Shown here piece after piece: positions 49,597 through 63,042 of a stretch of 64,000 nucleotides of DNA (position 1 is its first letter; the number at the start of each line of letters is the position of its first letter). The translations under genes and the position numbers were made by a program. Below the pieces are notes generated by a model, which worked only from the letters and a program-made list of their open reading frames with translations, made no database searches and was not told the origin of the DNA. Source of the stretch: Thelocarpon superellum. Taxonomy: Eukaryota. The stretch covers positions 1 to 64,000 of the forward strand of contig JAPEUG010000024.1 in assembly GCA_026025795.1 (NCBI GenBank). Reading direction: 5' to 3'.

Positions 49597-50944
49597 GGTC
49601 CAAGCGGAGGTACGCCAAGCACCAGGTGACGAGAGATGCACCGCAACCCAAAACACCAAGGGACAGAGATGTGCGGGGACCAAAGTGCCCTCACCAGACC
49701 CTTCGAGTGTCAGCAAGCGATCAACATCGCGGCAAGATCAGGGCGACATCTGCGCCCTGATATACGGCGAATGTGGCAGGGTTAAGATCAGCGGCCGTCC
49801 CTTCTCGAAAGGACGGAACCCTACGCGATGCATCGGGCAAATGCTCCACTTTCATCACGGCGTTGGAGGTGCAAAGGGCGAGGATGCAGGCGTAGAGCAA
49901 GTTTCGTTAGTGACCGTAACCAAGTTTTGGGCTAGCCGGTCGGCGATGGTTGACCATGGGTCGAGCACGGTAGGGCCCAGCCGTCATCCAGATTAGTGTC
50001 AGACTGTGCATAGTTACTGCATCCTCGTACAGATGTCCAAGTGACACGAGTGTTGCGGGACCAATCGTGGCCATGATAGCAATCTCCGCCACTAGCAGCT
50101 CACGAGACGAACAGGAAGATGAATGTCGGTCGGAGCGAGAAGGAAGGCGAGCGGGAGGTCTAGCCTGCACGATGCATGGGAAGAGCCTTAGTAGAGAATG
50201 ATAGTGTGGTTAGGCCTGTCCCAAGCGGCTGACTGCCGTCTGGAGCCTCCCGCCCCCACTAGACGGCATCTACCGAGACGAGGGATCCGGGCCGCTGAAG
50301 CCGGGCCGCTGAAGCCGCATTGGTCCGGGTAGCCTCATGCCACGGGAGGGCCCTGCGCTTAGACAAAGAAGGCGCCGCTGGCATCACTTGGTACTGTAGC
50401 AGGTGTCAGGGCCAAAGAGCCTCCGTGCTCATTCAGAGCAGTCCGACCTCCGTCGCGGGCCATGATCCTGCGAAGACGGCCGGTGACCTGAACCTAGATG
50501 ACTTAGATGGGCTAGAGGGACGCCAGTAGTCGCGCCCGATAATGCACCTCTCTGTCTGTTCCCACCCCTGGCCACGTTTGGATCCGCGCCTTTGCGCAAC
50601 AGGGTTCGGGGCTGGGGCAGCTCACTCTCGATCAGCCTGATCAGGGTCTTGCGGAGAGCGCTGCTGGTCGGTCTGACATGTGCGGAACACGGGCGAAGTC
50701 TGACGTTGGAGCTCTGCTAAATGACTCGGGATTTTCTAAACCGTGCTCGAGCTAGTGCTTATCTGCCGCATGCTGAGAGCCGCCGGTTCGGCGGTGATGA
50801 GATGTGCCTGCATACAAGTACACGGAGTTTCGCAATTGGAGTCGGACATGGAGCATCGCTCCGTTGGCGTCACTTGCAGCCATCTTCTGGCTGCGTGGGC
50901 CGGTCCATCTGTCCCAGTTGCTTCCACCTTCCATCCGCGCCGAA

Positions 50945-52838
50945 ATGCCGGAGCCTACGCGAAGCGGCAAAGATGTCGACCTCGTCGTCGTCGGCGCCGG
51001 TACTTGCTCCCCTTGAGGATGGAGATGGAGATGGAGAGCCGCCGCTAATCGACGCCACAGGTGTCCACGGCCTCGTCGCGGCCAAGACCTATCTCGACGT
51101 GAATCCGTCGGCCAGGATCACCATCCTCGAGTCCGCCAGCTCCGTGGGAGGCACCTGGGCCACTGACCGCCAGTATCCCGGCCTCAAGTCGAACAACGTG
51201 GTCGGGTCGTATGAATTCAGCGACTTCCCCCTGGACGCGGCCGCCTTTGGCGTCAAGCCGGGCGAGCATATTCCTGGCCCAGTGCTGCTGAAGTACTTTG
51301 AGGCGTATGCGGACAAGTTCGACCTCCGCCGCCGGATCAAGCTCCGGTGTCGCGTCGACAGCGTCGAGCGCGATCCGCAACAGGGCGGCTGGCTGGTCAA
51401 GCACACGCAACACGACCAGGCCGGCACCACGGCAACGGAGAAGCTCATCGTCGCCACCGGCCTGACCTCGGAGCCATTTGTGCCCAGCTTCCGTGGCAGT
51501 GAGGAATTCGACTCGCCCATCTTCCACGTCAAATATTTGCGGGAGCATGCCGCGGACGAGGTCAAGAACGTTGTCATCCTCGGCGGCTCCAAGTCAGCCT
51601 ACGACGCCGCATACGCCTACGCGGAACGCGGAGCCACGATTGACTGGGTCATTCGCGAGTCGGGTCGTGGGTCGTGCTGGATGGCGCCGGTCCATGTCAC
51701 GCCGCTGAAGCAGAAACTCGAGGACCTGGTGGGCACGCGGTTCGTCTCCTGGTTCAGCCCCTGCCTCTGGGGCGACGAGGATGGGTTTCCGGGGATCCGG
51801 CACCTGCTGCACAACACGCGCATCGGACGCTCCATCGTTGACATGTTCTTCTCCGTCCTCAACGACGACCTCGTCACCCGCACCGGCTACCACTCCCATC
51901 CCGAGATCTCCAAGCTGAAGCCTCGACTGGCGCCCTTCTGGCACTCCACGTCGCTTGGCATCCTCAACTACTCGAGCGATATCTTTGAATACGTCCGCAA
52001 CGGCACCATCAGGGTCCACATCGCCGACATCGACCATCTGTCGCCCTCGACTGTGCACCTATCTAACGCGACGACGCTTCACGCTGATGCGCTGGTCTGT
52101 TCGACAGGGTGGGACCACCGGCCATCCCTCCGCTTCCTCCCCGCCGGAGTGGAGGCCGACCTTGGCCTTCCCCATAGTCCGAGCGCCGCTCAACTCAGCT
52201 CGACGGAGCTCCAGGAGGATATCATGCTTCGCGCGCGCGCCGATGCCGAGATCCTCAAGCGATTCCCGCGCCTGGCCACTCAGCCTTCAACGCCGTCCAG
52301 CGATGCGACCGGCACAAGCGGGGAGGACGCGCTGAAGACTGAAGCCGAGCAGACTCGCTCTTTCTGTCTTTTCCGCTTCATGGTGCCACCGGCGAGCATC
52401 AACGAGCGCGACCTCGCCTTCGCCGGTTCGATGCTCAGCATCTACACCGCGCTCTGCGCGCAGACGCAAGCGCTGTGGATCACGGCTTATTTCTCCGGGC
52501 AGCTCAAGCCGCGACCCGCCCTCGCCGGCGAGGTAGCGCACGAGTCCTCCTCACCGACCGCGACCTTTGACCTGGACAAGGTAAAGTGGGAGGCTATGCT
52601 CGCGGCGCGCTATTGCCGCCTGCGCTACCCCGCCGGCTACGGTACACGCTTCCCGGACTTTGTCTTCGACACGGTGCCGTACATTGACGTGCTCCTGAGA
52701 GACCTGGGACTCCCGCATCGCCGGAAGCGTACCTGGCTCGAGGAGGTCTTTGCCTACTATCGCCCGAGTGACTACACAGGCCTCGTGGATCAATGGCGCG
52801 TTGCGAGCCGCTTGCCTGCTCCCGGGAAACCAACGTGA
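50945..52838 (+). CDS. Flavin-binding monooxygenase (FMO/BVMO-like); intron 51000-51060
   Basis: Spliced DLVVVGAGVHG FAD motif, VGGTW, YEFSDFP, VATGLTS, second Rossmann GGSKSAYD, STGW. Confidence 0.92.
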
Positions 52839-53214
52839 TCATCGTACAGCGTAGTGGATCGTGTGGTAGGCGGACAGTCGTACGCTCTGATGAAGAGCCG
52901 TGATGGACGGATGGTTGGATCGATGGACGATTGGGCTGTGGAGGGTTCGTCTCCATGGGAAATCGCACAATTGAGAGCACCAACGTCCTTGACGTAATTC
53001 ACCGGACCCTGACACGTCACATGACGAAGCGTGCGAGCGTGTCCTCAGCCAGCCCTAGCCCTACTTTCTCAGTAGCACCTAGTGGTGGTATCCACCCGGG
53101 TGTCCAAGCATCTACCAGCAGGAAGTTCCCGGCTCACGCACATGATGTGGAGGTCCCAGGTGATACGAAGTGGGTCCATCCTACTCTCTCAGTACCACTC
53201 ACAGATCATACTAA

Positions 53215-53262
53215 TCCCTCCTACACCTACTACTACTAGTAAGTAAGTAGGTGTAGGAGGGA
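53215..53262. repeat. Perfect 17-bp inverted repeat (hairpin) between convergent genes
   Basis: TCCCTCCTACACCTACT (53215-53231) and AGTAGGTGTAGGAGGGA (53246-53262). Confidence 0.9.
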
Positions 53263-53413
53263 CTACGAGTCCATTGTTGGTCAAGCTGCTCTCCCAGCAG
53301 GCAGAAATAGGAGATCCAGAGATCATGTCATTGCCTAGGGTATCTCAATGCAAAACAGAAGCCGGCCGATATGTGATGTGTGTTATGGCGCAGGGGATGG
53401 TTCTTCGTCATGG

Positions 53414-55945
53414 TCACGCTCCCTCGCCCGTCTGCACCAGGATTTCGTCCCGTGACTCTCGATCGATGACGGGACCGTGGCCGGCCGCGTCGCTCTGCGC
53501 CCGAGACAAGAGGCTGCCCGGGGCAAACTGCGAGACCTCGGTCAGATCGAGGAGAGGTTCCGTCGCATCGCGGTGTCCCGTCTTGACGCCGCGGCCTCGC
53601 CCGGAGCCCCCTTGACTCGTGCCGGCACGTGCGAGCAGGCCGGTGAACATCTGGCTCTCTCGATCGGCTTGCTGCGGATCGAGGAAGGGGTCCTGTGCCG
53701 CGGATCGTGTGCGCGTGAGCGAGTTGATGCGACTGCTGTTGGGCGAATCAGATGCTGCGGTCGCCGCGTCGACGAGACCTCCGGGCGGCACGTGGTCCAC
53801 GACATATCCCCGTCCTTTCTTCTGATGATGCGGGAGCTCGCGATGTTCCGCACCGGAGAGGTCCACGAGCGGTCGCGGCTGAGACGGCGTCCGTGAGGGC
53901 GTCGGCTGGTACCGGCTGGGCGTGCTGCCAATGGTGTGGACCGCGGGGGAGTCGACCGCGGAGCGATGCGACGAGTGAGTGCTGGATCGGTCCCGCTGCG
54001 CCAGGGAGGAGTTGCGGAGCAGGCTGGGTCCATCGATAAACGGTCCTTCCTCCTTTGCCGTCATCTCACGCTGGTACAGCGTCTCTTGACGTTGGGAGTA
54101 TGTCCGGCCGAGAAGACTGTTGGGCGCAAAGGTTGCCTCGCCGGCTGGGGGGGCGATGGCATGGATCAAATGCTCGCCGTCGCTCGTCTCCGGTCGTGAG
54201 CCTTCCGAGTGGGCCTTGGTGAGCTTCTTGGGGAAGGAGATGGGCGGGGCTCGCCTTTCGCGCGGAGGGCGGTGGTGTGCAACTTCGTGTTGGGCACCGT
54301 GTGGGTTCGCATCGCTAGCGGCCCGGGACCGGGGGACTCCAGCATCGCCGGTCGCTGGAGCATGGCCTTGGCCTGACGTACGACGTGACGCTGATGGCCG
54401 ACCGTTCTGGGCGATCTCGCCCTGGATGGATCGTCTGGCCACGTGAAGGCTTTCCTGACCGTGGCTACTGTTGGTTCGGGCGGGCTCGGTCGTGGCCGTG
54501 CTCGGTCGGTCGACGACGCCCACTCGATTGACGAGATACCAGCTGCGCCAGCCCTGCACGGCCGTGTACCATTGCGCCGCCAGGCTCTGGTCGTCGGCGG
54601 CGAAGAAGTGGACATAGTTGGCCGCGCTAAGGAACATGCTGGACCGCTGCTGACTCTTGACCGCCAGGCAGTATTTCTTGGGCGCCTTCAGGGCCTTGGC
54701 CTGGCGCCGGGTGGGGGTATAAATGTCAAAGTCCGAGAGATGGCAGATGTTGGTGACGTCTTTGTCCTTGGCATCCGCTTTCTTCGCCACAAACATCTGA
54801 CCGTCGGGTCGCAAGGTGGCCCATCTCTTTTCCCACTTCCCAGGTTGGCGGGAGTAATGAAGGTACGCCGAGATCTCGCCCGGGCGATCCTGGGGTACCT
54901 GTGCGGCTTCCAACGCCCGGTCTTGCGCCTCGGCTTCCGTGGGTAGAAGGATCAGCCCGTTCTGAGAGTCGCGGTCCCACGAATTCATGACGTCTCGAAC
55001 CTTTTCATACTGCCGGAGCGGTCGTTCCAGTCCGAGTGGGGTGAAGGATTCCACAAGTTTGGAGGCGTCGGGCACCGTCGGCTTCTGCAGACGCACGGTG
55101 GCGGCGTGGAGCAGATCGATCGGGGTGGTGTCTGGATTGACCGGGAGGTTGATGTAGGTCTCGCCGCACTTGATCTTGACCCGCTACACATCGTTAGATA
55201 CCACGAATGGGATTGGTCACGGAGAATCAGGACGTACCCGTTCACCAGCGTTCACGGCGGAGATGGGCGCATCAGTCCCGGGCACGATCCCACCACCACC
55301 GGGCTCAATGCCGGGCTGTTCATCCTTCGGTCGAGCGTGCGCGTGAGCTTGAGAGCTCGGCGAAGTAAAGCTGGTCGGAGTCGGGTCGTCCTTTGCCTTG
55401 CGTCGGCTGAACAGCTTGAACCGGTCTTTTTGGAGGGCTTCTCCGCCGTCTTGCTCATCCCTCGGTCTTGCGTCGACTTCCTGTAGCCTCACCTTTCTCG
55501 CGGAGCCCTCGATGCCTGCTTCTTGCCGCGGGGGAACATCTGAAGATACAGGATCACGTTTGGTTGTCGGTCCACTGAATACCCGTCCATCTGAGTGAGG
55601 CAGCGATGAGGCGTCTGCGGCCAGACGTAGGGTGTGCGGCGGTCCATGCGCATCTTCACGTGAGCCTGGCGGTGTGTGCACGACGCTTTCTACAGTCCGT
55701 GATCCAGTATGAGAGGCGACCGGGGGGAGAGGCTCGGGTGCAGGATCTGATTGCTTCGGTCGCGTGCGCCGATATCTTGACATGCTGCGCGACACGGGCT
55801 CGACGGTGGTGGCATAGGGCGGGCTGGACGGCGGACTGGGCGGACTCGACGGTGCCGACGGCGCCACATGAATCGGCGCGACATTTCTCACTGATCGATA
55901 GCGGGAGAACTTGGGGGGTAGAGAGGGGGGAGGGTCGGTGGACAT
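53414..55945 (-). CDS. Fungal PH-domain protein with an RA-like region and disordered termini; intron about 55185-55237
   Basis: KFSRYRSVR N-terminus, PGTDAPISAVNAGER|RV, GLERPLRQYEKVRDVMNSWD, PH-like GKWEKRW..CHLSDFDIY..WYTAVQGWRSWYL. Confidence 0.8.
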
Positions 55946-57521
55946 ATTGGCTGGTGCTTGAGCCCGACATCTGCTGGCGAGGGTGACCGACGAGGGCGGT
56001 TGATGACTGTGGGGAATTCCTCCAAGCTGCAGGGCCAGTCACGTTGGGATAGGAAACCCTCCTGCAACTTGGAATGGGAGCATCAGATGATGGTCTGGTG
56101 GAAGGCGCAATGCCCCAACATCAAGGTAGAATAGCCGGTAGAATGGCAGACGCGCCGATGGCTCCACGACTGCAAGTGCATATGCTTGCCGTCCAACTGA
56201 AGTTGGACCCTATCCAGCGTGGGGTCGCGACTTTGTCCTGTTCCTTGGACGGGATGTCGTGCACGCGATCTTTGGGTGGCGTCACGCCGTCGCGCGTGTC
56301 GAGTGGAACCTTACCAAACGTGCGAATGGGTTACCGGGGCCCAATCTCCACCTGCTCTCTGTCCCTGTAAGAAGCTACAGTCATACGACATGGTCGCAGC
56401 CATGGATGCATGTCTAGCATATGGAGCACCCTGCGAACATTGTTGAGTGGGTACGGCATCGACCCGATGGGTATTGTCCGCTCCTGCCGTATACATTTAC
56501 TTGGAGAGAGTGGCTGACAGGGTTCAGTGAATTTCGGAGACTCAGGCCAATTCGCGTCTAAAGCTCCCCTAGTAACTCGGGAGGACCCCACAGCACCGAA
56601 AATCCTTGTCGCGAAAGACAGACACCCCGCAATCCCGGCCCGGTCCACATGGTGGAGAAGTTCAGAGAAATTCTCCTACGTTAGGCTCCCATCAGACTCC
56701 ACCACTGTCGTCCAGCGCAGGTGCGTTTTGGCGGCGATCAAATCAGTTTCCCTTTCGATTCCCGAGGTGGCTACGGGTCGCGAGGGAGGATATCGGAGCT
56801 CCTACGATGTCCAGGAGACGATGGCAAGTCAAGGGGCGCCTCATGCAATCGGGATAGCGCCAAATCATCAAGTTGACGAGAAATGTCCCAAGGAGCACTC
56901 CCAGCACGAAACATCAATTCTTTGTAATCTTTCGGTAAGACTGGAGACCCTCCAGATCGAACCCGATCAGAGAAGCGTAGTGCCCTGAAGCGCCCCAAGA
57001 GTCTGATGTGTCCTTTGCGTAGACGCATGATATGGCACGAGCTGTATCTACTAGATAAACGCATGTGCGTCAACTCAAGATGCCTCTCCTCTACGCTGCA
57101 TACTTATGCAGCGTAGGATGGCCTTTGAACGGGCCTGTTTGCCGTGGAGGAGATGAAGGAGCTCCGCGACTCGCGACGCTGTTTCGGGTAGCGCGACCTT
57201 CCCCGCCCCCACCAGGCTCTTGCGTCGGCGGGTTGGCAAGGCGGCGGGCGTGTGGCAACGTCGAAAGGGATAGATCCTACCATCCGACTCCGGCTATACT
57301 CCGGGTGTTTCAGGCCTTGACGGATTGATGCGCCCAACCGCTCATGTCATCGGCCTGTCAGCTTGCATCGCAGCCACTGGCCCGTTCCTGCACCCAAGAC
57401 GCTGTGTCCGCTCAAGTACCAGGACGGCATCCTCCAACTGCACGGCGTCGCCTGGGTGAGGCCACGACCACGCCTGTAACCAACGACACGTGGAATTGCC
57501 CCGGCCGAGAAAATAATCATA

Positions 57522-59415
57522 ATGAAGCTCTTGACCAAGATCCGGTCCAGATCGAGGTTGAGACCTGCCGAGGCCCAGCTTTACAACCACGGTCCGGCTC
57601 ATGCTGTACCACGGGGCCCCGGGAGCAAGATCGCTGCGAGACTGCCCACATCCGTGCTAGAGAACATCTTCGTCTTCGTCTGCCCACATGTGCGGGACGA
57701 ATCATTTGAGTCGCTGGACGACTCCATGATCGATGATGGCTGCATGCTGTGTGACATGCGTGATCTCGCCCAATGTGCCGCCGTCTGCAGAGGCTGGAAT
57801 GCCGCCGCTCAAGAGTGGCTGTGAGTTCCTGGACCTCGACGCGGACAAGGTCTGGTCTCGCGGGCTGACCCAGAACCTTGCGTGCAACAGGTACCATAGC
57901 GTGCGAATCGATGCCGTCCATTACTGCCACCGCGAGACGGAGCTGTCGGAAAAGCGCAAGCGGCGATCCTTCTTCGACCGCAATGGCGACCCCAAAGATG
58001 TGCCCCAGGAACGCCTGCAACTCTTGTCGCGCACGGTTCGGGGAAGGGAAACGTTAGCGGTCCTGGTCCAGTACCTGAAGATGCCATACATGACGCGTGA
58101 GACCAACAAGGCCGATCTGGCGCGGACTGTCTCGGTGCTCCCCAACCTCAAATACGTCGACCTTCCCGAGGGCTTCTTCAGCGACGACCCGTCATGCCTT
58201 ACGCTGAAGCACGAGCTCCACGCCCGATGTCCCGAATTGCGAAAGATGAAGTATGCGGGTGGGTCGGAAGCAAGCTTCACCACGTTGGCGTCAGGCCAAT
58301 ACTGGCAGATGCTGGAGACGGTGGAGCTGGCGAACCTCAACGTGGAGATGACGGCGCTTCTTGGCGCACTTGGCGCTCTGCCCCTTCTTCACGATCTCAA
58401 GATCACCGACATGCCCTGGCTCGACGATGAAGTCTTTCGGGGCACTCGCTCCTTGCCTCCTTTTCCCCCTCTCCAGCGGCTCTCGCTCGAGAACACGCCA
58501 AGCGTGACTGCGGTCGGCCTGGGCGCCTACCTCTCTCGACCCGAAAGCCGGGAGACCCTGTCCTTTCTGTCTCTCATCACCACGGGGGTTCAGCCGTCAA
58601 CGCTTCATGAGATCACGTCCCGCGCGCCGCACCTCAGCCACCTCGCCATCACCGAGACGGTGTCCCGATCCTTCCCTCTCGAACCTATCCCACCGTTGGC
58701 CTCGTCGTCGCTCGAAACGCTCTACTACGAGATCACGTCCGCTAGCGACGGATCTGTGCGGGGTTCTCAGCCGACCACATCATACTACGACTACCTTACG
58801 CGATCGCTGCACGCCGCAGCGCTGCCGCATCTCCGGTCGCTCTACGTGCGCGACGCCACCTTTCCAGAATCGCTTATATGCCCACCCCCGCCAAGCCTCA
58901 ACAACAGTCCATCGAGCTTCTCCAAACGCGGAGCGCAAGGTTTCAATCAATCACTCGACGTCTACAGCAAGGGCCTCGACGAGCTCGAGTGGAACTTCAC
59001 GTGTGTCTCGCCGCCCGCCGTGCCGGGGAAACGCGGCAACTTCGCCCCTCTCCGACCCATCAGCGCCTACCGACTCAGCAGCGCTGTGGGCGACTCGTCT
59101 CTCTTTCCTGGCGCCGGAGGCGGAGGGAGCCTTCTTTCTCCGCGCATGAGCGGCATGCCCACGTCTCCTCGTAGCGCGGGCCTCCCACCACGTTCAAGCT
59201 CGCCCCGCGTCACCGGCAACGGCCCCGCTCTCCCCGGCCTCTCCGACGACCGAAAGAGCATGATTGTCGGGAACGGATTCGGGGGGTACCTGGCCGTGCC
59301 AAACCCCGACGCGTCCGGTTCACCGACGGGCAGTGGCAGTGGCCACGGGGCCAATGCATCCGGCGGTCTCGCGGCGGCGGTGAAGCGGGGGTCGCGCGCT
59401 GACATTTGGCGATGA
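57522..59415 (+). CDS. F-box / LRR-like protein; intron about 57821-57891
   Basis: LPTSVLENIFVFVCPH..CMLCDMRDLAQCAAVCRGW F-box; LARTVSVLPNLKYVDLP and downstream LxxLxL repeats. Confidence 0.88.
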
Positions 59416-59438
59416 TGATGATGATGATGATGATGATG
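59411..59438. repeat. (GAT)n microsatellite overlapping the F-box stop codon
   Basis: Direct read. Confidence 0.9.
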
Positions 59439-60559
59439 CGTCCTCTACTACTACATTACTGGTCAAGCTCTTTCTCGATCTCTTGCTCGCTCGATTATGG
59501 GTATGCTTATGCTTATTCTTCATGCGATGATGGGACAGGGCTAGTTAGTCAGGGAAGGAGGACGAGTGAGGGAAAGCGGGAGGAAACTGGAAGGCATGAT
59601 CGTGAATACGATGGTGGTTACGACGGCGGATACTGGTGGCGGTTGGAAATGGAGTTACCTACTTATTCAATCAAGGAGCTTCCACGATCAATCCCAATCA
59701 CTTCTCGCTACCACTACAAATGGTAGGACAGTGTGGTGTCTTGCCGTGTAGTGCAGCGTACCCCGGCCTGAGTTCCGATAATCAAGACAGGAGGGAACAT
59801 AGTGAGGTAGGGAAGGGGAGGAAGAAGGGTGAGATACTGGCATCAGGCACAATACACAACGCACAATGCACAACGAACGGCACTCGACTCGATCAAACTA
59901 TTGCACTAGGGTAGAGAACAACTAGAGCTTCGAGGTGGGAATTGGGAAGCGGGAATTGTAAGAGGCCGACTTTCCTGCTGCTCAAAATCGTCCTGGATCC
60001 AGGCCTAGGAGTGAGCGCAGAATGAAGAACAAAGACCGGAGAACAGGGAGACAGGAAATTGAAAGAGGAGAAAGGAAAAGGAGACAAAGAGGACGAATCA
60101 CAATCATGCTGTTGTCCGTCCATCCATCCTTGCCCATGCTTCTTCCCCCAGTGCCTCCGCCTTTTCTCTTGACGGGTTCATCTTCCCGCTTCGTCCATCC
60201 CATTCGCGGCCCAAGGAAATCAAATCAGGTCAAGTCAAGTCACCCAAAGGACACACAGATCCTCCACCAAGTACACAATCCAATGGATTTGTTTCCTTTG
60301 CGTTTTCCGTCCCATTCCTTGCCCGGGCCCGCCGCCGCCCAATTGGGCTGGTTGCTGTTTGCCGCTTGCTGCTGCTGTTCACAATCTGTCGTTTCGAGAA
60401 CGAATCCCATCCAACACCATCACATACCGTCCATGTCCAGGCCCGGCCCGGCCCGGCCCAGCCCGCCAACCAGCTCCACCGCCCTCTCCGCACTCGTGCT
60501 GATGCTGAAGAACAAGACGATGACGCGACGATGCCACGACGGATGAAAGGGGTCCAAGC

Positions 60560-60563
<4 letters not shown>

Positions 60564-60598
<35 letters not shown>
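60564..60598. repeat. (GA)n microsatellite
   Basis: Direct read. Confidence 0.9.
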
Positions 60599-60605
<7 letters not shown>

Positions 60606-60806
60606 TGCTCCACCCCGCCTTGCCCCTCCAGTTGTTGCCACCCCGCCCGTGTCCCGTGTGTGTACTGTACTGTACGATGCTCCCCTCCCGGCCGTGTCTA
60701 CGCATGACGCTTTTTGTGCCCTACCTCTGCAACCGGATTCCGCCAAGTGGAAATGAATTTTGTGATCCCACCCCTTCACGCCATCGCCGCCCAATGGTCA
60801 TCTTTT

Positions 60807-60888
60807 CCTCGTTCTCGTTCTCGTCCTCGTTCTCGTCCTCGTTCTCGTCCTCGTCCTCGTCCTCGTTCTCGTCCTCGTTCTCGTTCTC
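60807..60888. repeat. (TCGTYC)n hexamer repeat in the 3' region of the RNA-binding protein gene
   Basis: Mixed TCGTTC/TCGTCC units. Confidence 0.88.
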
Positions 60889-60962
60889 GATCCCAGGCGT
60901 ACTTCGTGCGTCGATGCTCGTCAAGAAATACCCAAAGGAAGCGGCGCACTCCCTCGCTCGCC

Positions 60963-63042
60963 CTACGCCGGCGACTTGTTCTTGTGCTCGCCGTTCAGCC
61001 GATCTCGTCGCGACTCGTCGTTCATCGTCAGCCCGCCCAGGCCCGACGTGAGGAAGGCAAAGGGATCGTCCGCCTGGCTCGAGTAGAAGCCATTGGCCGG
61101 CCCGGCCGACGCCGCCCCGTGGCCCGCGTTGCTAAAGGCCGCCTCGGTCGAGCGACTGTCAAACGGGCCGGCCGACATCGATCCCGTGCTCGGGCCAAAG
61201 TGCGTATTGAGTGGGGGATAGGGACCCGTCGCCGCACCGAGGCCGGACGGGAGCGCGTACGTGCTGGGAGGGCCGCCGTAGTGCTGACCCGGGAAGCCCG
61301 AGCCCGAGCCAAAGCCTCCGGACGCGGTGGCGAACGGGGCCGGGCCCGGCGTCCCCCCGACCGACGCCGGACCCATGGGATAGCCACTCGATCCGTCGAT
61401 GGGCGAGAAGGACCCCGACTCGGCCACGATCGCCGCGCCCGCCCGGCTGGCCCCGCAGCGGAGACAGCTGACGTTCTTGGCAAAGTTGTGGTAGCCACAA
61501 CCCTCGGAGCCGCACTTCCAGTCGCCGGCGCGGAACGGCACCATGCCGCCATTGTTACCCATGCCGCGAGAGTGGCTCATGTTGTGTCCGCTGTGCCCCA
61601 GATGCGGAGGTCCGGGGGGCATGAGAGACGGCGGACCATAGCCGTATCCCGAGTAGCCCATCGGGTCCCCACCTGGTCCCGCCGACACGGCCGGGAAGGA
61701 GCAGCGGAAGCATGCCGTGCGACGCTGGAAGTTGGAGAAGCCGCAGGACGGACAGGTCCAATCGCCAGGCCGCGGCCGATTCTTGCTGGGGGGAAAGGGC
61801 GTGAGGATCTCCGCCGCACGGTCGAGCACGCGTGCAGAGGATGGCGACACCTCGATCGCTTTCTCGTTTAGTGCTCGACCGTTCATGCACAGGCTCTCCG
61901 CCGCCTAGATGATTGGTCAGCCGTTGCGCGACGGCAGTGAAGGAGCTCTGTCCCCGCGTGTGCCGGGCAGAGAAGCGGTGAAGGAACGAACCTCTTCGTG
62001 CGACGAGAACACGGCGAAGCCGGTGCCCGTGGGTTTATGCTGATCCGGCGTGCGCAGCGTCCAAAAGGCGATCGGACGGCCGCCAAACTGGGTATACCAG
62101 CTCTCGAGCTCTGATTGGGTGGTGTCGTGGGGGAGGCCACTCATGTGCAGGATCTTGCTTCGCTCGGACAGGAAGGCACGCACGTCGGCGCGCGCATCCA
62201 TGGGTCGAGTCAGCACGTCGGGATGATCTTGCGGCGGCTGGCTCTTCCGGATCAGGCCCCGGAGCACCCGGGCCAAGGTGATGGCCTCTTCCATGGCACG
62301 ACGCGGAGACGCGGGGGCGAGAGCTTGCAAGTGGAAGGGCAGGTTATGCTTGATCGGGGCCGACGACTGCACCGGCTCCACCTCGAGCGCGGCGCAGATG
62401 TTGGCTAGCGAGGAGGGACCGAACGGCAGAGACTCCGGGTGATGTTGTTGCCAGCGTTGATACTCCGTGCGCAGATCAAACGTGCGTGAGTGCTGCAGAT
62501 AGGGTGGGAGCACGACGGCCTTGTCGCGCGCCTCACGGGGCAGCTGCACGCGCAGGTCCCATGAGTCCAGCGTCACAAAGGAGAACTCAAGGTTCTTGGA
62601 GAGCAGGTTGTCCTGTGCAAAATTGTCAAAGGCGTTGACGGCGTCCCGGAAGGTGCCTGCGGCGCGGACGTGCTCCCAGGTCAGGGTTGTGAGGCTGGCT
62701 GTGATGAGCTCAGATCAGCACGAGGACTTGTCGAGCGAGGGGCACGAAAGGTGTCACGCCCACTTACTGCACAAGGGGGTGATGGGGGTGTTCACGGGCT
62801 TCACCAAGACGCTGTCGCGCGTGATCTATCATCGCCTGGTCAGTGGCGAGGGACGAGCGGGGTGAGGTCAGGACCGGGGGCAAGACCTCTTCGCAACTCT
62901 TTGCATCTAGCAAGATCCATCCGAGCTCGATGACCTCGGCCGAGTCTTTGGTGACATAGACCCCATGCTCATCACAGGTCGTTGCGACATGTATGACGAC
63001 ATAACGGTCCAGGTTGGGCTGCTGGGCCTGGTTGGACGACAT
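60963..63042 (-). CDS. NRP1: Nrp1-like RNA-binding protein (exonuclease-like N-terminus, RRM, two RanBP2 zinc fingers); 3 introns
   Basis: HVATTCDEHGVYVTKDSAEVIE, LPHDTTQSELESW, GFAVF, RPGDWTCPSCGFSNFQRRTACFRC and RAGDWKC..CGYHNFAKNVSCLRC. Confidence 0.9.

Noticed and set aside
50721..50944. Long N-terminal extension of the FMO ORF
   Set aside because: Artefact of reading through intron 51000-51060; the FAD-binding exon starts at ATG 50945 in another frame.
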